A stretch of DNA of 64,000 nucleotides from Carcharhinus amblyrhynchos. Lineage: Eukaryota. The translations under genes and the position numbers were made by a program. The stretch spans positions 36,890,001 through 36,954,000 of the forward strand of contig OZ336871.1 in the NCBI GenBank assembly GCA_965287045.1. The letters are read 5' to 3'. The notes beneath the pieces are model-generated. The model ran no database searches. It worked only from the letters and a program-made list of their open reading frames with translations, and was not told where the DNA came from. Below are positions 38,800-51,830 of the stretch, one piece after another. How positions within the stretch are numbered: position 1 is the stretch's first letter; each line of letters starts with the position of its first letter.

Positions 38800-39120
38800 A
38801 TTGTTTTTGTTCTTCTAAGTACCAGGGAGAGGCATGAAGTCCATTGCTAGGAAATGGGGTTTGGAGCGGGACCTAAAACTATAGCTTCAGCCTTCTCAAT
38901 ATTTAATTGAAGGAAATTTCTGCAAATTTAGTACCACATGTCAGATATGCAGTCCAATAAGTTAGCAGCAATGGAAGAATTGAAAGAATTATCAACATAC
39001 ATGTGAAAGCTAATGCTGTGCTCTCAGATGATATTACCAAGGAGGAGCATGTAGATATGGAAGAGGTGGGGTGACACTAAAATTAATGATGCTGGAGCAG
39101 GAGAAAAAAAACATTACTTG
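38800..39120 (-). mobile_element. L2 LINE RT remnant
   Basis: Minus strand SFHMYVDN (FHMYADD-like) and NFLQLNIEKAEAIV. Confidence 0.6.
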
Positions 39121-39989
39121 GAGATGGTAACATAATGGTCAGATTACTAGACTAGTTGCTAATCTAGACACCTGGACTAATGTTCTGGAAACATGAGTTC
39201 AAATATCCACCATGCACTTCATAGAATTTAAAATCAATTAATTAATGGAAAGATCTGAAATTTAATGTTATCATAATATAATCATCTCTTCAAGAAAGAG
39301 ATGATTATTAATTTGTGTTGTAAAATCACATCGAGTTCACTAATCCCCTTTAGGAAAGTAAGTCAGCCATGTGGAGAATCTGGATTTAATGGAGGTCATG
39401 GGGTTAGATGATTCTGACAAAAATGAATAAAAACGAGTTTAATGAAACTGCTTTGTTTGGAATCTAGGGCATTTAGTTTCCCACCTTGTTTTGGTATTCT
39501 ATAAATTCAGTGACCAGCTAAAGAGAATAAAATGGCTGAAGTGGTTGGGGCAGAGAATATTGTGCTTTTAAAAGAATATTGAGCAGTATTTGAACCGAGA
39601 AAGGTAAATGACAGGGGAGTGAAGAGGTAAAGTGTGATTGCTGTATTAATTGGTAGCAGAGACTAATTTGGTCAATCCTGTGATTCTAACTAGAACTGTA
39701 TTCCACTCTGGACTGTCAGTTGAATGATAGCTAAAATCGATGATGAGTTCCAGTAGATTTTTCAGGTTGTAACCTGGTGTTGGCTAGTTACAATGATATT
39801 GGGACTAGCTTAGAGGTTTTTTTAAAAAAAAAGGTGGCGTGGACAGCTTGGGCCAAAGGACCTGTTTCCATGCTGTGAACCTCTATGACTCTATCATTCA
39901 TTGCCTAGTCAGCATATTTACTCCAGACCCACACCAATGTGGCTGACTCTGAAGTGGCCCAGCAACCCACTCAGATGTTGACTACCTAA

Positions 39990-40275
39990 ATTGGGTCAAT
40001 ATTCTTCAAAGAACGAGAAGTGATTTAAATGAAACATACAAGATTCTGAAGGGTCTTGACAGATATTGTTGAGATATTGTTTCCCCAGGCTCAGGAATCT
40101 AGAATATGGGAGCCCAGCCTCCAGAAAGGATTTGATCATTTTGATCATTCAGATGAGGAGAAGTTTTTTTCACTTAGAGTTGTGAATCTTTGGAATTGTA
40201 TACCTCAGATGGTAATGGGTACTCCATCGTTGAGTTTATTCATGACTGAGATTAATAGATTTTTGACAGGCAGCT
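39990..40275 (+). mobile_element. CR1 3' fragment
   Basis: ETYKILKGLDR and FFSLRVVNLWN motifs. Confidence 0.75.
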
Positions 40276-41859
40276 AGAAGAAGGACAAATGGGCCAAAGG
40301 CTCATCATCTGTCTGGAACTCACTCTGGTCCTGGTTTCCAACAGTCCGTCAAATGCCAGCACCCTGGGCACTCTCTGCCTCTACCAGTTTGTCATGTGAG
40401 CATGATGCGCACTATCAACTAAGCAAATGTGCTACTACCCACCGACATTCCTGTATCTGCAGTGGTGCTTGGTGCAAGAGAAATGTGACACAGGCATATT
40501 TATCAGTGGCGCCGCCTCAGTTGTCAATGGAAAGTCCTCAGGGCCTGACTGGCTCTGGAGGATGGTTCATCTGAGGGAGGAAAACAATCGGTCAGTATTA
40601 TTACTGAACACCCAGTTGATGCCTGTTCTAGGTGGCCAAGTTCAAACATCACAGTGGCTTTGTGGTTGCTGAATAACTAGGGACTAATTCTCAGAAGTAT
40701 TTGTGAGGAATGAGATAACTCAATATTCCTTTTACTATCTGCCTTTCCCACTTCTGCCCACTGGACTCTTACCTTCCTCAGAAACTCTCTGCAACCTAAG
40801 GATCTTCCTCTGTGTTCACTCCCAAGCCCCAGGATACATATTTCATGGCAAATCAGTATTATTAGGTTGGCCACCCCACCACCAGTTGCAGATCACTTTG
40901 CATTACAATGGCTTCTTTTCTGTTAGTGCAAAGATCCATTCAGTTCTCAATCCTCCACTTTCAACATCATACCATGCTGTCCCCAGTCCCTTCACTCCCA
41001 CAAACCATGTTGATGTTTCTTACACCTTGGCACATCTGACCCTTACATGGACCCAGGTGTTCTGATCTTATCTCCCAGCCTTAATACACAAAGGCAGATG
41101 TGCGTTCTGAGACTCTGATTACTAATTCCTGAGGAGCACCACTATGGAAGGGGAACCTTCCACATTTCTCCACACTGGACCATGCCAACTTGGTACTCAA
41201 TCTTTCCACTTGCAGAAGACCACTGAACTTTTTATGGCACAATATCCCATGTGAGGTGGACCAGGCTATGCCCACTGACCTCTGCTGCTACCTTTCCCCA
41301 TACCTTTTTGGTTTGGGGGGGTTGGGGAGGGGGCCTCTTCTTGCCATCCATGGCATTAAGATACCCTTCCTAGCATTCTGCCTCCATGAGAGCAGGAAGT
41401 CAGTCATCTGAAAGAAAGACCTTGCTGTCTATCTGCATTACCCTGCCCCTGGTATGTTTCCTGGATGCTGCAATCATTCTGGACAGCTCCCTGTGCCGTC
41501 TCCAATGTTGTCAATGGTCTGACTCAGCTGCCTTTGACCTGCCTGCTGGGTCTCCATTGGATCCAGTGCCTGCCACACTCACCCCTGCAGGTCTTGCAGA
41601 GCATATCTGGGCGTGTTTCACACTGGCCAATGACTTAATTGGGCAGGCAGTATAATGTTGCGTGCCCTTGTTAATCTCGGGTGGAAGTGGAAAACACAAC
41701 TGCTTCTGGCACTGCCCACCAAGCACGTTTTTCACTTGTAAAATTCTTGCCATTATGGTTTTTTCACCTTCATCCAAATTGGTTGCCTCATTCGAGAGCC
41801 CAATAGGTGTTGAAGTCCGGTCCAGAAAAAAAATCCTTCTCCCTTTCCTCACAGAATTT

Positions 41860-42795
41860 CTAGCAGCAATGGGAAAGGCAGATACTTGAGATGTGATTAC
41901 TTGTGTCAACCTGCCCTATATTAATATTACTTGAGATATCAGGGACAGAAAGCAGAGATTAGAGATTAACTTGTATTTTCAGACTGAAGGGAAGTATGCA
42001 GAGATGCTCTCCAGGAATTAGTATTCGGGCTATTCCTCTTTTTGACATATATTAATGAATTTTGTTGTACAGAGGATCATTTCAAAATTTGTAGATTTGA
42101 AACTCGAAAATGGAGTAAACAATAAGGAGGATAGTAATAAACTTCTGGACATAGACAGACTTTTGAGATATGACAAAGGAAATTTAATTCAGGGAAGTAA
42201 GATAAGTTTTTAAAGGTGGCAAGCTGAGTAGGCTTTCAAAAAAGCACTTGGGATCTTTGGTTTTAATAACAGAGGCATTGAGTACAAGAGCAAGGAAGTT
42301 ATGCTCATATTTACAAAACATAGGCCACAGCTCTGAGCACAAAAGACTGTTAAGGCCTTGGAAAGATTGCAGAGAACTTTACTAGAATACTGCCAGGAAT
42401 AAGGAACTTTGGTTGTGTGGCAATGCCGGAGTTGTTCTCCTTACAGTAGAAAAGGTTTGGAAGAGATTTGATCGAGGCGCTCAAAACCATGTCTGGTTTT
42501 GTTGAAGTATAGAGAAATAATTCTCAGTGGTAGAAGTATTGGCAACCAAATAACAGAGATTTAAGGTGATTGACAAAAGAACAGGTGCAATATGAGCATT
42601 TATTTTTATGCAGTGAATTGTTGTGATCTGAAATGTATTGCCTGGAAGGATGGTTGAAACAGTTTTGATAATAACATTCAAAAGAGCTTTGTATAAACAC
42701 TTGACTATTGGGATAGAGCAGGGAAGTGAGATCAATTGGATACTTCCACCAAAGAGCCAGCACAGGGACAATGGGTCAAATAGCTTCCTTCCATT
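41860..42795 (+). mobile_element. Old CR1 LINE fragment
   Basis: RGIEYKSKEVML, ALERLQR and CR1 3' end motifs. Confidence 0.7.
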
Positions 42796-44086
42796 TTGTT
42801 GGCGAGAACACTGAAATTCAAAAGTCAGTTCTAGGCTAAGTTGTAATAAAATCCTGGTATCTTGTGTTTGGCCTGCTCAGGCGCCCCGAGCGTGTGATTA
42901 CATCAGTTGGCGGTGTTGCAGTCTTACTTTGGCCAGTGTCCTCACTGTTAGAAATGTGGATGTTTCATTTCTATGTTCATCAGGTGCAGGATTTGCTGTG
43001 TTGTCCTCTGTATCATGTTGTGACCCATAAAACAGTGTTCCAATGACTCTGCAAACTCTAGCAAAATCAGTGCGGGTACTTTCCAGAATTCCACCTGTGG
43101 TGGGGAGTCAGGAGAGTGACAAATGACTCTTGGTTGTTTAATATCTATACACCAGAGTGGCTCATCTAGGCTTCTAATAGAATAATGCATCAGTCAACAT
43201 CAACAGTACTGTAAAGAGCAATGGGTCAGCTGCAGAAGATGAATACTTATACTAACTGTCTTCCTTTCATTTACAAGACTCCCATTATTTAGAATTCTGT
43301 TAACAGACAAAATTATAAGCTGATCTTTGACAGGATTTTTTTAGAAGTATTTAACAAAAAAATTACTTTCATGCATTTTGAATATGAACATGTATTTTTG
43401 TTTAGTTCTTTGTGGAAGGTGATAGAAACAAGGAGTGGCTTAGGAATTGATCCACTTTTTGATAATAAGAGTTTTATTTAGATGCAAAACAACTGGTGTT
43501 TTAGACACAAATAAAGTTTTATTCATTAAGTCAGCCAGTGGACAAAATATGAGCACTACTCATTCAATTAATTCTGCCACGTTAATACGTACAATGATGT
43601 GGTCGATTGGGTTAAAAGTTGAGTAAAGATTGAGCTCTCAGCTTGGGTTCAATAGAAATAATTCAGAATATTAGGAAAGTGAGCTCTTGGAAAGGAAAGT
43701 GCTGTCACAGATCAGCAGGTATCTGATGTGGAAGCAGATCCATGTATTAAAATGTTCTGGGAAGTTCTGTCATGCCTGATTTGTATTAAGTGTGGACCTG
43801 GGTATTATCCCCAGAATGTTTTGAGATTGAATATAAGAGGTCCAGTTCTGTTTTGGGTTTCCTGAATAGATAAAATATACAATCTAATAAGAATAGGGCT
43901 AAACTAGCAAAATAGTCAGTGATTATCATTGATAGCAACAGAAAGGGTTTCAGATTTACTTTGCAGTGGTCTTAATAAAAGCTTTCCTCTGCAATGACTC
44001 TTACCTACAATGCCCAGTGGTGCAGCACAGTTTGCTTTATCACAAATAGCATTGGTTCATGTGAATGAATTCCTCATGTATGAGAT

Positions 44087-44237
44087 AAAAGTAAATTATT
44101 GCAAATGCTGGAATCTGAAATCAAACGAGAAAACGCTGGAAAATCTCAGCAGGTCTGGCAGCATTTGTAAGGAGAGAAAAGAGCTGATGTTTCGAGTCCA
44201 GACAACTCTTTGTCAAACCCAGCATTTTCTCTTTTGG
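44087..44237 (-). mobile_element. Short Penelope-like terminal fragment with a 17-bp TSD
   Basis: Flanked by TTCCTC(A/G)TGTATGAGAT at 44070-44086 and 44238-44254. Has a degenerate hammerhead-like core (UUGACAA..CUCGAAAC on -) and a short inverted terminal piece. Confidence 0.65.
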
Positions 44238-44527
44238 TTCCTCGTGTATGAGATTCTGCACCTCAGCACAACCCAGGGCAAGGTGGCTCGTTAAGACTTA
44301 ACAATTCCATAGTGGGAGAAAGAAGTAAATCACCTCACACTGCTCTTCTGCATCGCCTAGCCACTTATTCATCAATGTCTTCCAGACCCATTGGTCAATA
44401 ATGGTGCACAGTATTACAGAGGAGACAATATAAGAATAAAATGCAAATCATAAACAAATACAGCAATATTTATTGGACTATTTGTCTATCAATAACCAGG
44501 GCAAGTGTCTACTAAAAATAAGCTGTA

Positions 44528-44590
44528 CGTGTGTGTGCGTGTATGTGTGTGTGTGCGTGTGTGTATGTGTGTATATATATATATATGTAC
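44528..44590. repeat. (GT)n-(TA)n microsatellite
   Basis: Read directly from the sequence. Confidence 0.95.
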
Positions 44591-45125
44591 GTAATTGTTA
44601 AATATACATGGTGCTGAATGTTCTCAGACACTTATAAAATGTGAGTTTGACTCAGGCCGATGTATAGAAGAATAATAAATGTTTACAAAGTATGTTGACT
44701 GAGTCCAGACTGTTTACAATCTCCCTTTTATAGGTCCAAACTGAAGTTCACGAAAGCATTTGAATTCAAGTGAGCAAGTCATTTTTTAACAAAGTGTTGA
44801 ATATTGTGGGTTTCTAAAATCACTGAAATCAGGGACTTCCAAGAAATGTAATTCATTCCTGAGCTCACAGCTATGTACAACACTTGTGTTCTGCCCACAC
44901 TCTGGAGGTAACATCCACGCTTCCACCATGTGATCTTTTTTGTAGCTGTATCATTACATTTTCACACAACCACTCAGTCTACATCTTCCCTGCTCAGCTG
45001 GAACACCCAGTGGCATGGGATGTAACATCGTGTACAACAGGAAACTATGTACAGACCATTATGTAACATTCAATTAAACAAACTAACAACTAACTATTAA
45101 CACATATATTGAGTCATGGATTAAA

Positions 45126-45445
45126 ATCATAGAATCCTAAAGTGCAGAAGAAGGCCATTCGGCCCATTGGGTCTGCACCGACCACAATCCCATCCAGGCT
45201 CTATCCACATAACGCCATGCATTTACCCCAGCTAGTTCCCCTGACATTAAGGGGAAATTTAGCATGGCCAATCCATCTAACCTGCACATCTTTGGACTGT
45301 GGGAGGAAACTGGAACACCAGGACGAAACCCATGCAGACAAGAGGAGAACATGCAAACTCCACACAGACAATGACCCAAGCCAGGAATCGAACCGGGGTC
45401 CCTGGCGCTGTGAGGCTGTAGTGCTAACCATTGTGCCACCATGCT
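45126..45445 (-). mobile_element. HE1-type V-SINE inside Gypsy
   Basis: Full head, V-domain and tail on the minus strand. Confidence 0.92.
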
Positions 45446-46387
45446 GACCCTGTTTAGGTTCTAGCAACTGCGCAGTCAAAATCCTGACCATTTCACTTGG
45501 TGTTGCAAGGCCAAATGTGTAGGCATCTTGATCATAGTGCATTTTGCTTTTCAATCTGCATTGCAGGAGGGCATCATTCACATTGGTTTCACATTTAGGC
45601 TGCAGCAGTTATTAGTAGTAGCAATTGTGGTCCTGGAGTGTCTGGAAAAAGTAATTGTGCTGATGAGGGCAGGCTCTGTCATGGTTGATTTACTGGTTGA
45701 GCAGTGCAGCATAACAGTCTATATGATCCCATGCACAGTTCTCTAGAAGATGTTTGGATGAGTGAGCTACCCTTTCCACCAAACCATTTGACTGTGGATA
45801 TAGGGGACTGCTTGTGATATGCTTAAAGTCCCACAGGCATGCAAAGCTGATGAATTAGCGAACATTGTCTGTAATAAGTCTCTGTGGGATGCCATGTGTG
45901 GCGAAGTGTTTCTTAAGCTTGATGACTACTGTTTTACTTGTCATGTTTATAGGAACATAGAAAATAAGAACAGGAGTTGACCATTCAGCCCTTCAAGCTC
46001 AATGGCAGGCAGTTAAGTTCAAACCAACCGGAATACGAACCAGCTAACACTAAATGTTGTTTATTATTCCATTCAAAGGTGTCAATGACCATGCTGTGAA
46101 TGACCATGGGAGATCTGGGACTTTGTGTAAATGCAGTGATTCCTTTGCTTGTTGTGACTGTAGTGCATTGCATAGTGTGCATCTGGAGATTTCCCCTTTC
46201 CATGTCTGCGTACATGGAGGGCCATGTATACTGGGCCAGTGATGCCTTGACCAGCATCTGGATCATTCCACCCTACAACGCCCTTGGTGCAGATGTTGGG
46301 TGTAGTACCTCTGGAGGGCAGTAAGATGATGGATCATTGGCCATGCAGTATTAGCCCATGTGGTACAGTCAGTTCATCTCTAATGGT

Positions 46388-47018
46388 GAACATAAGAACA
46401 TAAGAAATAGGAGCAGGAGTAGGCCATCTAGCCCTTCGAGCCTGCCCCGTCATTCTATAAGATCATGGCTGATCTGGAGTGGATCAGTTCCACTTTCCAG
46501 CTTTCTCCCCATAACCCTGAATTCCCTTGTGTCAAAAACCTATCTACCCGTGATTTAAATATATTTAGTGAGGTAGCCTCCTCCACTTCAACGGGCAGAG
46601 AATTCCAGAGATTCACCACCCTTTGAGTGAAGAAGTTCCTCCTCAACTCTGATCTAAACTGCCCCCCCGTTATCTTGAGGCTGTGCCCTCTAGTCCTGCT
46701 ATCCTTTCTAAGCGGGAAGAATCTCTCTACCTCTACTCTATCCATCCCTTTCATTATCTTATACGTCTCTATAAGATGCCCCCTCATCCTTCTAAACTCC
46801 AAAGAGTACAGACCCTGTCTATTTAGTCTCTCTTCATAGTTCTCCGGTATCAGCCTAGTGAACCTCCTCTGCACTCCCTCCAAGGCCAAAATATCCTTGC
46901 ACAAGTGCAGCGACCAAAACTGCACACAGTACTCCAGCTGCAGCCTCACCAGTACCCTGTACAGTTGCAGCAAGACCTCCCTGCTTTTATGTTCTATCCC
47001 CCTCGCTATAAAGGCCAG
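46388..47018 (-). mobile_element. 5'-truncated CR1 inside Gypsy pol
   Basis: 172-aa ORF2 C-terminus (46455..46973) and an (AAGAACAT)n tail. Same subfamily as 14247-14953. Confidence 0.92.
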
Positions 47019-48004
47019 TGAAGAATGTGCAGAGCTCTGGCCAGCTCCTCATGATGACGGCAGACAGCTGCCAATATGTGATGTCTGCCTTTAGGACCTG
47101 CTTGACTTCCTAAGTTTGATGAGAGGACAGAAACTCTATTGCCATAATTTCTATATCTTCCTTATAACCTGCCTGATCTCTAGTGGTAAGAAGGCGCTGC
47201 AGAGAGCTTCAGCCAAGTACAGCTCCTTGTCACATTTGTAGAAGACTCTGAGGTTGTAGCATTGCAATTTTACTATCTTGCGTTGCAGCTGAGCAGACAC
47301 AATATAGAGATGCTTCTTTAAGATAGTTTAAAAAAAATCTGTCGTGCCATGAAAGTGAGTAAAGTATGTTTGTCTACAGGAATGGCCATCTGTCGTATAG
47401 CCATTATCTTGTCTGGATGGGCATTACAGCATTGTGTGTGGGTAAATTTCCCACATAAGAAACTTGGTTGACCCTGAATCTGCAATTCATAGGGTGAAGT
47501 TTTAACTGGATCATCCTGGTTCTGTCATGAACGGGATGAATATGTGCATCATGCTCTTGCATTGTACAACCCCAAACAAAGATGTCATCAGCAATGATCT
47601 CGCAAGGTTGGCCTCCATACACCACTGGAAAATCTCACTGCCTGTGGAGATCCATTGGGCATACAAAGAAAATTATAGCTGTCTTCTGGAGACATGAATG
47701 TGATTACTTTCGAGGTTCTCTTATCAAATGGATGTACCAGAACTTGCATCGAGAATGCTGAAGTCCTTAGCATTTGGCATGTCAGCTATTATCTGTTCCA
47801 CCGTCTTCATAGGGTGATGAGGTCCGAGCAGTCCCTTGTTCAAGCACACTGGGTCAATGCAAATCTTGATCATGCCATTTTTCCTTATGGCCACCATTAC
47901 TGAAACCCATTCTATGGCCTCGCACGTAGGGGTTATGACACCTATTGCTGTCAGCTTGTGCAACTCATTAATTATTTTCTGCTTCATGGCCACTGGTCAG
48001 AGCA

Positions 48005-48267
48005 AGAAGTCTCACAACAGCAGGTTAAAGTCCAACAGCTTTATTTGGTAGCACAAACCACTAGCTTTCGGAGCACTGGTCCTTCATCAGGTAAGTGGGA
48101 ATTCTGGGCACAAACAGGGCAAATAAAGACACAAACTCAATTTACAAAATAATGGTTGGAATGCGAGTCTTTACAGGTAATCAAGCCTTAAAGGTACAAA
48201 CAATGTGAATGTGTGTGGAGAGAGGGTTAAGCACAGGTTAAAGAGATGTATGTGTATTGTCTCCAGC
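48005..48267 (-). mobile_element. Penelope-like pLTR fragment with hammerhead core and 14-bp TSD
   Basis: TSD CA(C/G)TGGTCAGAGCA at 47991-48004 and 48268-48281. Minus strand CUGAUGA-A-GGA-CCAGUGC-UCC-GAAA at 48066-48090. Confidence 0.8.
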
Positions 48268-49450
48268 CAGTGGTCAGAGCACAGACTATTGATAGTCGTA
48301 AATGAATGAGGCTCATGTGGTATACTACTGGTAGCTTACCAATGATGTCACAGTTGGAGAAGTCTCTATACGCTGTTATCTCTGGAGCTTGGAGTTGTAG
48401 AGCATGCACTTTTGGAGCTGAATGAGCTCCAATGCAACGGTGTTCAGCTGGGTCAGCAGACAGGGAGAGGGGCTTGTGTCCAGGGAGCAATTGGCGCATG
48501 GGGGGTGGTGTGGCGGGTTTGATGTCCGTGAGGGGTGGAGAAAACTGGAAGTGATCAGGAATATGACCCGATGTCTGGGGGAGAAGGGGGGAGGGTGTTG
48601 GGGGGAAATGACAGATCTCCAGTGCACTGTGTACACTATATACTGAGAGATCAGCGCAGTGGTGCGCTGTAGCTCAGCAGCTGGCTTCACTGGTGAGATC
48701 ACGCTCTGCCCTGCCCCCTACTGCCAAGAATCTCATCCTGTCATTTCTTTTTAACTTAAGTGCCATAAGATTGTATTTTTCAACTCACCAAAAAAACAAA
48801 TGTGAAATTCTCGCACTTGCTCAGCACTTTGAATTTTTTTGGAAGATCACCCCCTAAATTTCTGGTCAGCTATATGGAACTTGAAATTTCCCTTTGTGCA
48901 GTGGAGGGTTTCTACATGTTCAGTGTGAATTGTCCACTATAAGCCACAAGGTGTGTCTGGGCATGGGAATCTGATACTGCAGACTAGCTCCGGTAACCTT
49001 CGGATGGATGGATCATTAACTCCAGTGTCAGTCTTGACTTTAATTCTGGAATTGCTGCCAATTATGTTGAAGATAGTGAGGATCTCACTATCAATTTTGA
49101 TGCAAAAGAGTGCTGCTGGAAGTTCTGTAGATTTATTGCTTTGGTTGAACACTGATTCATTCTGATTGAACAGTTGCCAGGTTGCTTATGACAAAGGAGG
49201 GCTGCTATAGTGCTTAGTAAAGTGGTTCAATTTCCTCCATTTGTTGTATCTTTTATTATTTGCAAAACAAGCTGTTTTGTTTGATGGGTACGGCTGCTGC
49301 ATTTGGAGCAGGGACCCCTGCACTGCAAATGCCTCAGTTTCCCACCTAAAATTTCTGCTTTGTTTCTCTGATTGTTCGTTTAACACAGTAAAAAGTCTGA
49401 CAACACCAGGTTTTAGTCCAACCTATTTATTTGATAATATATTATATAAT

Positions 49451-51830
49451 ATATGGACTGCTTCAGTTTCTGAGGAATTATGAATGATACTGGAAATATT
49501 CCCACTTCTGACCTTGTAATTGAAGGAAAGTCATTGATGAAACAGCTGAAGATGATTGGGCCTAGGACAATACTCTGAGGAACTCCTACATACAGTGATA
49601 TCTTGGAACTGAGATGATCGACCTTGAACAACCACAACCTTCTTTTGTGCTAGGTATGACTCCAACCAGTGGAAAATCTCCCCCCAATTTCTATTGATTC
49701 CAGTTTTGTTAGAACTCCTTTATGCTATACTCGGTTTATTGCTATTTTGATGTCAAGGGTAGCCACTCTCACCTCAGCTCTGGATTTCAGATCTTTTATC
49801 CATGTTTGAACCAAGGCTGGAATAAGGTTGAGAGCTGAGTGACCTGGTGGAACCCAAACTGAGCCATACAAGTATAGGTGACAGACGCAAAGCAATAAGT
49901 AATCTTGTACTATAATGTATGTTTCTTAAAACCATTCAAAGGGAACATTTCAACATTATGCTTTGGGTAAACTGACTGGTCCTTGAGAACGTGATGACGT
50001 AGCTACAAAGAGGTCATGTGGCTGGAGTGTGGGATTATCCCCAGGAGCACTGACAAAGTGCAAGTGTTGTGTTTGGAGGCTGAGCTCAGGAAAAAACTAC
50101 CTTTGTTGATTTCGGTGACTTAGGAACCCACAACATTCAACATGGTGTCTGGATTTGGCAGTATGGCACAAGGACTTTGCCACTTCGACCCATTTGTCTT
50201 TGAAGAAAATATTGTGGATAGTTGGGAGAAGTTCCAGAAGGAGTAACCTATTTACTGCTGTGCTGTACTCACTGACAAGTTGAATATTGGTATAGGCTTA
50301 TAATTTATTAAACACCACAGGCCCTGAGCCGGTGAAAAATCAAAATTGTTTGTTTTCCAAACAGAGGAAGAAAATGTAGATCCCAAGGTAATCTTGAATC
50401 AGTTCAGGAACATCCATCTCTCAGGAAAAAACATCATCCTTGATAGAATTCGATTCAATAACCAAAGAGCAGATGAGTCAATACACAGCTGCTGTGAGAA
50501 AAAGACTTAACATTACAAGCAGCCATCAATATCTGTGTGTTAAACGAACATGATGTGGGTATGCCGGCGTTGGACTGGCGTAAACACAGTAAAAAGTCTG
50601 ACAACACCAGGTTTTAGTCCAACCTATTTATTTGATAATATATTATCAAATAAATAGGTTGGACTAAAACCTGGTGTTGTCAGACTTTTTACTGTGTTTA
50701 CGCCAGTCCAACGCCGGCATACCCACATCATGTTCGTTTAACACACAGATATTGATGGCTGCTTGTAATGTTAAGTCTTTTTCTCACAGCAGCTGTGTAT
50801 TGACTCATCTGCTCTTTGGTTATTGAATCGAATTCTATCAAGGATGATGTTTTTTCCTGAGAGATGGATGTTCCTGAACTGATTCAAGATTACCTTGGGA
50901 TCTACATTTTCTTCCTCTGTTTGGAAAACAAACAATTTTGATTTTTCACCGGCTCAGGGCCTGTGGTGTTTAATAAATTATAAGCCTATACCAATATTCA
51001 ACTTGTCAGTGAGTACAGCACAGCAGTAAATAGGTTACTCCTTCTGGAACTTCTCCCAACTATCCACAATATTTTCTTCAAAGACAAATGGGTCGAAGTG
51101 GCAAAGTCCTTGTGCCATACTGCCAAATCCAGACACCATGTTGAATGTTGTGGGTTCCTAAGTCACCGAAATCAACAAAGGTAGTTTTTTCCTGAGCTCA
51201 GCCTCCAAACACAACACTTGCACTTTGTCAGTGCTCCTGGGGATAATCCCACACTCCAGCCACATGACCTCTTTGTAGCTACGTCATCACGTTCTCAAGG
51301 ACCAGTCAGTTTACCCAAAGCATAATGTTGAAATGTTCCCTTTGAATGGTTTTAAGAAACATACATTATAGTACAAGATTACTTATTGCTTTGCGTCTGT
51401 CACCTATACTTGTATGGCTCAGTTTGGGTTCCACCAGGTCACTCAGCTCTCAACCTTATTCCAGCCTTGGTTCAAACATGGATAAAAGATCTGAAATCCA
51501 GAGCTGAGGTGAGTGTGGCTACCCTTGACATCAAAATAGCAATAAACCGAGTATAGCATAAAGGAGTTCTAACAAAACTGGAATCAATAGAAATTGGGGG
51601 GAGATTTTCCACTGGTTGGAGTCATACCTAGCACAAAAGAAGGTTGTGGTTGTTCAAGGTCGATCATCTCAGTTCCAAGATATCACTGTATGTAGGAGTT
51701 CCTCAGAGTATTGTCCTAGGCCCAATCATCTTCAGCTGTTTCATCAATGACTTTCCTTCAATTACAAGGTCAGAAGTGGGAATATTTCCAGTATCATTCA
51801 TAATTCCTCAGAAACTGAAGCAGTCCATAT
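49451..51830. repeat. Long palindrome with 1190-bp arms and no spacer, centre between 50640 and 50641
   Basis: Block-by-block comparison shows the arms are reverse complements with one mismatch (49767 T vs 51514 T). Centre TTTGATAATA|TATTATCAAA. Confidence 0.97.

Larger units (their letters stand above)
44795..51370 (-). mobile_element. Ancient Gypsy/Ty3 LTR retrotransposon, full-length remnant with nested insertions
   Basis: Two homologous LTR ends (TGTTGAATRTTGTGGGTT at 44795 and 51139) and a PBS-like TGGTGTCTGGATTTGG. Gag start MAQGLCHFDPFVFEENIVDSWEKF, protease KTDTG (about 49030), RT WVSVMV..IKICIDP..LN..FSILDAS and IIADDIFVWG, integrase YTWPSM..IDTFEWNNKQHLV. Confidence 0.85.
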
